A stretch of 26,676 bases of DNA from an uncultured Bacilli bacterium (GTDB lineage Bacteria; Bacillota_I; Bacilli_A; RF39; UBA660), in the NCBI GenBank assembly GCA_947591565.1, contig CANQDH010000001.1:1-26676 (forward strand), given 5' to 3'. The translations under genes were made by a program, and so were the position numbers. Of this stretch, positions 1 through 6,745 are shown one piece after another. The notes beneath the pieces are model-generated. The model ran no database searches. It worked only from the letters and a program-made list of their open reading frames with translations, and was not told where the DNA came from. Every line of letters begins with the position of its first letter. Position 1 is the first letter of the stretch.

Positions 1-61
1 CTAAATCATCAGGTAATTTTACTTTAAATTCATTTCTACTATCTTCAATAACATCTGTCAT
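1..61 (-). CDS. 5' end of a gene running off the window; probable AlbA_2/Schlafen-like (RecG-C-associated) protein
   Basis: AGGAGG (70-75) lies 8 nt before ATG at 61. Reads MTDVIEDSRNEFKVKLPDDL..., resembling the 'E..r.EFK' start of AlbA_2 domains. Only 20 codons are visible. Confidence 0.45.
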   Translation of the reverse strand, partial: MTDVIEDSRNEFKVKLPDDL

Positions 62-108
62 TATTACTGCCTCCTATTTTCTAACTATAATTATACTATA
101 TATTTAAA

Positions 109-156
109 ATTTTTCCTAGCAAATTTCCTAATAAATTTCCTAATAAATTTCCTAAT
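109..156. repeat. 12-bp tandem repeat AAATTTCCTAAT, 3 perfect copies plus 1 degenerate
   Basis: Exact copies at 121-132, 133-144 and 145-156; degenerate ATTTTTCCTAGC at 109-120. Confidence 0.9.
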
Positions 157-286
157 AAAATTTGATAAAGATATTGAAATAGAATTTTAAAAAAATTTTT
201 TTATTAAATAATAATGCCTATCTAAAAAAATGAAATTGAGTTATAATAGTTTTAACAATTAATTATTTAATTAAGGGGGCCCTACT

Positions 287-1285
287 ATGTTAGTATATCG
301 TCTTTGTAAAAATACAGAAATAACCAATATTTTAAATTTTAAAAACTTTTCCCAAGTTGGCAATTATTTTCCTAAAAATGAAAAATTAAATACTAATTCA
401 TATAAGGAAAATATTAAATATTTACATTTTTTTAAAGCTAAAAGTGATTTATTATATTTAGCACTTTCCACTAATAATTGTATTTGTACATATGACATTC
501 CTTGTTATATATTAGAACTTAATAGAGGAACGGGGTTTTATTTAGATTACTATAATTTTAAAGACATAAAAACTGTTGATGAATTTGCTATTCCAATTGA
601 TCAATTACATTTTTCAAATTTAGTAAAAGTGGAAAAAATTATTAATTATATTGATATGGATGATTGGTTAGATACTTTTAATAGTAATGTTGAAGTAATT
701 TATAGTAATAATAGTATTTTAAAGCATTTAATGTCAAAGGCCAATATAGATGATGTAATAAAGCTATATAATATATTAATGGCAGATGATATTGTTTTAC
801 AAATAAATAATAATTTTGATGAATTATGCCAAATAATTCCTGAATTAAAAAATATGATTGGATTTGAACATAAACATCTTCATCATCATTTAGATGTTTG
901 GCAACATACGCTTTTTGCTTTAAGTTTAGCGGTACAGGATTTTGATATTCGCTTAGCTTTATTATTACATGATATTGGTAAACCATTTTCTTATTTTGAG
1001 CAAGATGGGGTTCGTCATTTTCCTAATCATCCTGAGGTATCTTGTAAAATAAGTCAAAATATTTTAAAAAGATTAGGCTTTAATGATAAATATATAGAAA
1101 AGATGGGTTATTTAATTAAATATCATGATAAAAATATTACTTTAAAAGAAATAAATAATAACCCCAAATTAATTTATTCTCGATATTTAGTGCAAGAATG
1201 TGATGCCCTTGCTCATAATCCAGAAAAACTAAGCAAAAGAAAAGTATATTTAGAAAATACTAAAAAACTAATATTTAAAAAATAA
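287..1285 (+). CDS. HD-domain phosphohydrolase (CCA-enzyme-like HD) with an uncharacterised N-terminal domain, possibly ART-like fold
   Basis: C-half has DVWQHT, LLHDIGKP, RHFPNH, KYHD and CDALAH. N-terminal ~120 aa has VYR, YLHFF, ICTYDIP and EFAIP. Confidence 0.75.
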   Translation: MLVYRLCKNTEITNILNFKNFSQVGNYFPKNEKLNTNSYKENIKYLHFFKAKSDLLYLALSTNNCICTYDIPCYILELNRGTGFYLDYYNFKDIKTVDEFAIPIDQLHFSNLVKVEKIINYIDMDDWLDTFNSNVEVIYSNNSILKHLMSKANIDDVIKLYNILMADDIVLQINNNFDELCQIIPELKNMIGFEHKHLHHHLDVWQHTLFALSLAVQDFDIRLALLLHDIGKPFSYFEQDGVRHFPNHPEVSCKISQNILKRLGFNDKYIEKMGYLIKYHDKNITLKEINNNPKLIYSRYLVQECDALAHNPEKLSKRKVYLENTKKLIFKK

Positions 1286-1288
1286 ATA

Positions 1289-1316
1289 TTGTTAAATAAC
1301 AAACTTATGATAATAT
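1289..1316 (+). promoter_or_regulatory. Putative sigmaA promoter
   Basis: TTGTTA (1289-1294), 16 nt, then TG-a-TAATAT extended -10 (1308-1316). Confidence 0.4.
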
Positions 1317-1320
1317 ATTA

Positions 1321-1424
1321 TCGGGTATTGATATTTGTATCAAATCGTTATGGTGAAAGTTGTAGATATCTTCTACAATCAGTTTATTGAGGCTTAAACT
1401 CACAAGTGTGTGAGTTTTCTTTTA
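1321..1424 (+). ncRNA. Candidate small structured RNA, or 15-aa micropeptide transcript
   Basis: Hairpins TTGATA/TATCAA (1328-1343) and TTGTAGA/TCTACAA (1360-1378), bounded by a promoter-like element and an intrinsic terminator. No family recognised. Confidence 0.3.
1396..1424 (+). terminator. Intrinsic terminator
   Basis: AAACTCACA-agtg-TGTGAGTTT perfect 9-bp stem followed by TCTTTT. Confidence 0.75.
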
Positions 1425-1464
1425 TTTAAAATTTATTTTGACAAAATAAAAACGCACTTGTAAA

Positions 1465-1493
1465 TTGACAAAATCAATTAAAGTGGTTATATT
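1465..1493 (+). promoter_or_regulatory. Near-consensus sigmaA promoter with no sense gene downstream
   Basis: TTGACA (1465-1470), N17, TATATT (1488-1493). Confidence 0.5.
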
Positions 1494-1510
1494 TTAATAA
1501 TTTTTATCAA

Positions 1511-1852
1511 TTATTTAAAGTAACTCTCATCTATTAATGGTACAATATCTATTGCTGGTTCTTCATATGGATGTACTTCCCTTAATTTAGATATTACTTT
1601 TCTAACTTGATCAATATCACAAACAAACTCTAATTTTTCCTCTTCCACGAATTCTAGTTTATTCTTTTCACCAATATATGAATTCGCATTATCATTAGGC
1701 ATAAAAGTACCTGTTGATTTTGTTGAAGAAGTGCAATAAGTATAATCTCCAATTACTCCTGCACCAACTTCACATACAGCTTTTCTAACTTCTTCTACAT
1801 TTTCTGGTGGGATAGTTACAAAAATTTTTACCTTATTAATATTTATGTTCAT
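1511..1852 (-). CDS. Standalone PII-like domain of the NIF3/YqfO (DUF34 insertion) family
   Basis: KIFVTIP, GAGVIGDYTYC, GTFMP..ANSYIG and HPYEEPAIDIVPL are characteristic of the YqfO middle domain. Confidence 0.8.
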   Translation of the reverse strand: MNININKVKIFVTIPPENVEEVRKAVCEVGAGVIGDYTYCTSSTKSTGTFMPNDNANSYIGEKNKLEFVEEEKLEFVCDIDQVRKVISKLREVHPYEEPAIDIVPLIDESYFK

Positions 1853-2213
1853 TCTAAATTTTCCTCTAATCTTTTCTATATATTTTCAATACTTGGTAAA
1901 GTATTTTCTAAAAACTCAGGTATTTCAGATAATATTTTATATTCACTTACGCCCATAGGTTTATTTATATCTTTTAAAGCAAGTTCTGATGTTGCTTTCT
2001 TTTTATCTTTACATAACAATACTCTAAAGGTTGGATTATCATTTTCATCTTTAAAATATTTACCTACAGCACTTAAATAAAATTAAGTTTACCTATGTAT
2101 TCCAGTTTAAATTCAGTTGTTTTTAGTTCAATAACTACATAACTTCTAACTTTCAAATTATAAAACAATAAATCAATATAATAATCTTCATTTTCTATTT
2201 CTAAATGATGTTA
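1849..2213 (-). pseudogene. C-terminal relic of a YhcG/DUF1016 PD-(D/E)XK nuclease gene
   Basis: Manual translation: HLEIENEDYYIDLLFYNLKVRSYVVIELKTTEFKLEYIGKLNF, then a -1 frameshift at A-run 2079-2082, then YLSAVGKYFKDENDNPTFRVLLCKDKKKATSELALKDINKPMGVSEY...LPSIENI*KRLEENLE*. In-frame TAA at 2211-2213 and premature TAG at 1876-1878. Confidence 0.85.
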
Positions 2214-2223
2214 TTCACAGAAA

Positions 2224-2856
2224 TTATTCAATAACCTCCGGCATAGGTAAATCAAAGGTAACGTGCTTAAATTGCTCTATATTTTGTTCTTTACAAAGTT
2301 CTGAATATTTATCGTCCCAAGATAACCTGTATGCTTTTTTTACATCCAAATTTAAAATTTTAACCCACTTTAAAGCAACATCTTCTGGATTTTTATCTTT
2401 ACTTTTATTTTCAATTTCAACAGCTATTCCAAATGGATATTCATCTACGGAAATTTCAATATCATCATTTATAAATAATGTTCTATACCTTTCATAACTT
2501 TCTATAGACTTCATTTTTAAAACATTATTTATTAAAAACATTAAATTATCATATTCTTCGTATTTAATATCAAGTTCTACCTCTTCTTCTTTATTTACTT
2601 CAGTTGAAATTGTTATAGGTAAACGTCTTTTCCAGCTTATTTTACATTTTGAAACTGTAGAATCTTTTGTCACCCTAACTCTAAATCGCCCATCTATCTC
2701 TTTGGAATAAAAACTCATACTTTCACAAGGATGGTCAAATTGTATTGTTTTTTCATAACACCTATTTTTCATTTGTAATTCTTTTTTTGAACTTAATAAA
2801 GAAATAATATCATTTAATTTATTTTTAGAAAAATAATATCTTAATTCATATTCCAT
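2224..2856 (-). CDS. CYTH-domain (triphosphate tunnel metalloenzyme) protein
   Basis: N-terminal EYELR, GRFRVR, EEEVELDI, YERYR and ISVDEYPFGIAVEIE; RBS AAGGAG. Confidence 0.8.
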   Translation of the reverse strand: MEYELRYYFSKNKLNDIISLLSSKKELQMKNRCYEKTIQFDHPCESMSFYSKEIDGRFRVRVTKDSTVSKCKISWKRRLPITISTEVNKEEEVELDIKYEEYDNLMFLINNVLKMKSIESYERYRTLFINDDIEISVDEYPFGIAVEIENKSKDKNPEDVALKWVKILNLDVKKAYRLSWDDKYSELCKEQNIEQFKHVTFDLPMPEVIE

Positions 2857-3028
2857 ATCATTAATCTCCTTTTTTCATCAAACTATATTTATAATTTTAT
2901 TAATAAAATTTTTAATTCGTATACTTTAAATTTAAAACAAATTGGCTAGTAAAATTTCTTGTTAGAGTTTTGAAAATAGTGTAAAAAACACTGCAATTAT
3001 ATCATTTAATAAAAATACATGATTAAAT

Positions 3029-3154
3029 CTATGTTTCTAGTATTTTATCAATATAATCTATTGATTTGTGATGATATTCTAAGCAAAAATATTTTCTAAT
3101 AGAACAGACTATATTGGTTAAACATTCATTATAATTATTTTTAATTTTCATCAT
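3029..3154 (-). pseudogene. 41-codon 5' fragment, probably of an alkaline-phosphatase-superfamily nucleotide pyrophosphatase/phosphodiesterase gene
   Basis: GAGGTG RBS (3161-3166), then MMKIKNNYNECLTNIVCSIRKYFCLEYHHKSIDYIDKILET*. Resembles the 'NY..CLTN..CSI.KYF' N-terminus I recall for that family; the catalytic region is absent. Confidence 0.5.
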
Positions 3155-3350
3155 AAACAACACCTCTAGTAATATTATACATTATGAAAAAAATTGTAAA
3201 TATTGTTGAAAATTGCTTTACAAGGAAAAAGGAGAATTTTAAGTGTATGTGTACTATCATCCTTAAACTTCTATTCTTTAACAAAAACTAAAAAGATATT
3301 TATGTCAAATTCCATAATCACTTCTTGCATTTTTATAAATGCTAATATTA

Positions 3351-3836
3351 CTAATCAATCTTATTACAATTAATAATTTTTTCTAATTCTTTATAAACTT
3401 TATCGACTTCCTCTTTTAATCCTTCGATAGCTACAACATTCATAACTGGTTCTTCATATTCATCAATTTCAAATTTAACATTATTTTTTTCATAAACATA
3501 TCTTTTTCGCTTTAATACTTTTTTATTTGTTAATCCTAATATTTCTATTAAAGAAGTGACAAATTCTTGATTATCATCATTTATAATTAAATCTTTTGAT
3601 TCTCTTGATACTTTTAAATAATTATCATTCAAATTATCATCTTTAAAATTTAATACTTTTAAGACTTTATCACTATAAATATTTTCGGTAACACGAGCCA
3701 TTATAGGACCTCCATTTTTATACAATATTCGTGTTTGAAAATATTTATCTTTTTTGTTATATTTATTTAATTTACAATACTCTATAAAGTCTTTTATATC
3801 TTTAACTTTAAAACTATATTCATATTCTTTATGCAT
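3351..3836 (-). CDS. Second, divergent CYTH-domain protein
   Basis: KEYEYSF, ARVT, LKRKRYVY and VKFEIDEY..VVAIEG. Confidence 0.7.
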   Translation of the reverse strand: MHKEYEYSFKVKDIKDFIEYCKLNKYNKKDKYFQTRILYKNGGPIMARVTENIYSDKVLKVLNFKDDNLNDNYLKVSRESKDLIINDDNQEFVTSLIEILGLTNKKVLKRKRYVYEKNNVKFEIDEYEEPVMNVVAIEGLKEEVDKVYKELEKIINCNKID

Positions 3837-4030
3837 TATTTATTTTCCTTTCTCAATAGTTGATTAGAACAATTATATCATATCTTTTGATAGTTTTAAG
3901 GTATAGTCATTAGTTTTTCCTAAAATTTATTATACATTTTATTTCACAAATAAAAAGTATTTTTTAATAAATTTTTTTAAATATTAAATATATATTTTTA
4001 ACATTAGAATATAATTAATTAGGTGATTAT

Positions 4031-5536
4031 ATGGATATATATAAAAAAGCCTTAGATAAAATAGAAAATGATCAAAAATGTAAACCTAATGGCTTTTCCG
4101 TAATAGGTCCTACTGGTCCTACGGGCCCAACTGGACCAGCTGGACCTGCCCTTAATATATTAGGAAGTTTTGAAAGTTTAGAAGATTTAGAAAAATATGT
4201 TCCTACAGGTGATTTAGGAGAAGCATTTATCATTGGTGAACAACTATTTGTATGGACAGATGAAGGATGGTTTGATGTTGGAACAGTTAAAGGACCTACT
4301 GGTAATATTGGACCGCAAGGTGAAATGGGACCACAAGGTATTCAAGGGCCTCAAGGCGAAATAGGACCTCAAGGTGTACAGGGGCCTAAAGGAGACATCG
4401 GTCCGCAAGGTGAAATGGGCATACAAGGATTTCAAGGACCACCAGGTGTACAAGGACCACAAGGCATTCAAGGTGATATAGGGCCTACCGGTCCGCAAGG
4501 TAACATAGGTCCAATGGGTCCTGCTGGAACACCAGGAACCAGTGTTACGATTTTAGGAAATTTTAATACTCTCCAAGAATTAAAACAAGCTGTTTCGGAA
4601 GGAAAACCAGGTGATGCATATCTTGTTGGTCCTGATTTATACGTATGGTCCGAAGATAATAATGATTGGAAAAATGTTGGACAAATAAAAGGTCCTAAAG
4701 GGGACCAAGGAGAACAAGGATTACAAGGACCTAGAGGCCCTCAAGGTGAAATGGGGCCACCAGGTGTACAAGGTCCGCCAGGTATCCAAGGGCCTAAAGG
4801 CGAGCAAGGTCTTCGAGGTGAACCAGGTATTCAAGGCGAGCAAGGATTACAAGGACCTATGGGACCACAAGGTATTCAAGGAGATCCGGGGGCTAGAGGT
4901 CCAACGGGTCCAACGGGAGCAACAGGACCTATGGGATATCCGGGACCAGAAGGACCTAAAGGAGAACCTGGTTCGCAAGGACCTATGGGACCTAAGGGCG
5001 ATATAGGAAATACTGGTCCTACCGGTCCTAAGGGAGAACCAGGCCCATTACAAGTTCCAGCAGCTTTCTTTATGACAGCTAACGATGATTTAGACGCATA
5101 TGGTATTACCGTAGCATCAGGTAGCAGAGTTCCTATCGATACCAAAATATACGATATGAATAATAATTTTGTTTTAAATAGTGATAATACTATTACCTTT
5201 AAAGAAGGTGGCGTTTATCGTATTGATTTTATGGTTCAATCATATTCATCTAGTTCTGCCATTTATCCTGGTCAATATGAAGTAATTGGTGTTGGCCTTC
5301 GCAAAGTTGGTGAACCAACCATTTATATTGGTGGATCTACTTGGGACCATCAAGAACCAGTTGTTAGAATTAATGCGCATGGCATCGTTACAACTGTTTT
5401 AAATAATGATATATTTGAGGTCATAAATACGGCTCAAGATACAATTCATCTCGTAAGTCCAAGTTCTAATAATTTAATAACAAAATCCTTCTTTGCTAAT
5501 CCTATTTTTACGATGGTTATTGAAAAATTAAAATAA
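4031..5536 (+). CDS. Collagen-like protein (about 5, 28 and 40 Gly-X-Y triplets) with two repeated globular inserts and a C-terminal BclA/C1q-like domain
   Basis: GPT/GPQ/GEM runs; inserts [24 protein letters not shown] and [24 protein letters not shown]; beta-rich C-terminus with GVYRIDFMV; RBS AGGTGA. Confidence 0.85.
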   Translation: MDIYKKALDKIENDQKCKPNGFSVIGPTGPTGPTGPAGPALNILGSFESLEDLEKYVPTGDLGEAFIIGEQLFVWTDEGWFDVGTVKGPTGNIGPQGEMGPQGIQGPQGEIGPQGVQGPKGDIGPQGEMGIQGFQGPPGVQGPQGIQGDIGPTGPQGNIGPMGPAGTPGTSVTILGNFNTLQELKQAVSEGKPGDAYLVGPDLYVWSEDNNDWKNVGQIKGPKGDQGEQGLQGPRGPQGEMGPPGVQGPPGIQGPKGEQGLRGEPGIQGEQGLQGPMGPQGIQGDPGARGPTGPTGATGPMGYPGPEGPKGEPGSQGPMGPKGDIGNTGPTGPKGEPGPLQVPAAFFMTANDDLDAYGITVASGSRVPIDTKIYDMNNNFVLNSDNTITFKEGGVYRIDFMVQSYSSSSAIYPGQYEVIGVGLRKVGEPTIYIGGSTWDHQEPVVRINAHGIVTTVLNNDIFEVINTAQDTIHLVSPSSNNLITKSFFANPIFTMVIEKLK

Positions 5537-5561
5537 AAAGGATAAAAATCCTTTTTATTTT
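5530..5561. terminator. Bidirectional intrinsic terminator
   Basis: AAAATAAAAAGGAT-aaaa-ATCCTTTTTATTTT perfect inverted repeat between convergent genes. Confidence 0.8.
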
Positions 5562-5724
5562 AATTTTTCATCTTTTTCCTTAAATTTTTTTAACCTAAGA
5601 GTAGTTAAACTACTAAGTGTCTTTGCAAAAACCTCGCAAACATCGGCTTCATATCAACACCAAATGTTCTAAACAAACTAACTTCAGGAGGAAGATGCAA
5701 ACATTATAGAAAAAAACCAAATAT

Positions 5725-5937
5725 TTAGTTTTCCTTTTTTACAGTAAAACCAATATCTTCAATTTTTTGTTCAATTAAACTAGAATCTAATTCATCATGA
5801 AAAGTAATCTTGACCATACCTGTTTCATGACTAGCCATAACTTTTACAACACCATTAATAGTTTCTAAGGCGTTTTTTAATCTATTTTCGCAGCCGGAAC
5901 ATACCATTCCATCAACTTTTATAGTTATCTCTTTCAT
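5725..5937 (-). CDS. copZ: Heavy-metal-associated (HMA) chaperone, CopZ-like
   Basis: 70 aa with GMVCSGC metal-binding motif and C-terminal IEDIGF. Confidence 0.8.
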   Translation of the reverse strand: MKEITIKVDGMVCSGCENRLKNALETINGVVKVMASHETGMVKITFHDELDSSLIEQKIEDIGFTVKKEN

Positions 5938-5950
5938 AACATCACTCTTT

Positions 5951-6607
5951 CTATGATATATCAGTTAGCAATGATTTGGCATAATTATCATATTCATTAT
6001 ATGTATAACTACCATCTAGTAAAAAGGCTTTATATTTTTCTAAATAATCTTGAGCTGATATAAAATCATATTTAAAATTAGTATTTATATTACTACACAA
6101 TATAGCTTCAATGTAACTAACTAATCCATTTCGGCTATCAGCATCTGTTTCTATTAAATCTTCTATTGCATACATAAAGGTTTCTTTAGGTGTTTGAACT
6201 AATTCATTATATATACTAGAACTTTTACTAATATAATCATATGGATTAGATGAAGAAGTAGGACCATTTTCTACAATAGAATTTATTTTATTTAAAATAG
6301 TATCCTTATCTAATTTTTCATACTTATTTTGTTCATCATCTAATTGATGATTATTATCTTGTTCATTTACTGGGCATACAAATTTACTATTTTTAAAAAG
6401 GACATTTACGGTAACTTGATTTTCATCTTGACTGCAATAATAAGTATCTACTAAAATACCTTTTACAACATAATTATCATCGCCCAAATTTTCTTTATGA
6501 CTTATAATAGGACTATTTTTCAAGATATACGCCTGGCATGTATCTAAAATAATACATCCTAGCATGATGCATAATATAATAACAACTATTTTGATACTTT
6601 TTTTCAT
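5951..6607 (-). CDS. Hypothetical membrane-anchored or secreted protein
   Basis: GGAGG precedes ATG at 6607 (the track's start is an upstream TTG). N-terminal KK plus hydrophobic helix; no family recognised. Confidence 0.7.
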   Translation of the reverse strand: MKKSIKIVVIILCIMLGCIILDTCQAYILKNSPIISHKENLGDDNYVVKGILVDTYYCSQDENQVTVNVLFKNSKFVCPVNEQDNNHQLDDEQNKYEKLDKDTILNKINSIVENGPTSSSNPYDYISKSSSIYNELVQTPKETFMYAIEDLIETDADSRNGLVSYIEAILCSNINTNFKYDFISAQDYLEKYKAFLLDGSYTYNEYDNYAKSLLTDIS

Positions 6608-6745
6608 TTTTTCCTCCAACCTTTTCTATTTATATTATATCACTTACGCATAATACTTTAAAGAATTATTACTTTTTTACTTCCATAATTAATCTTTTTA
6701 AGTAATAATTTAATTATGTACATATTTTCCAAAGATATGATTATT

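Noticed and set aside
1359-1379. GTTGTAGAT...TCTAC resembles the end of a Cas12a direct repeat
   Set aside because: Single copy, stem halves in the wrong order, no spacers and no cas genes.
3200-3350. Short RBS-led minus-strand ORF MEFDINIFLVFVKE*
   Set aside because: Possibly another relic, but I cannot assign homology.
4031-5536. Collagen gene as part of a prophage tail module
   Set aside because: No phage structural, lysis or integrase genes in the window.
5562-5724. Intergenic stretch with AGGAGG-ATG-CAA-ACA-TTA-TAG mini-ORF and a 7-1-7 palindrome (5600-5614)
   Set aside because: Too short to distinguish from chance; no recognisable gene relic or RNA.
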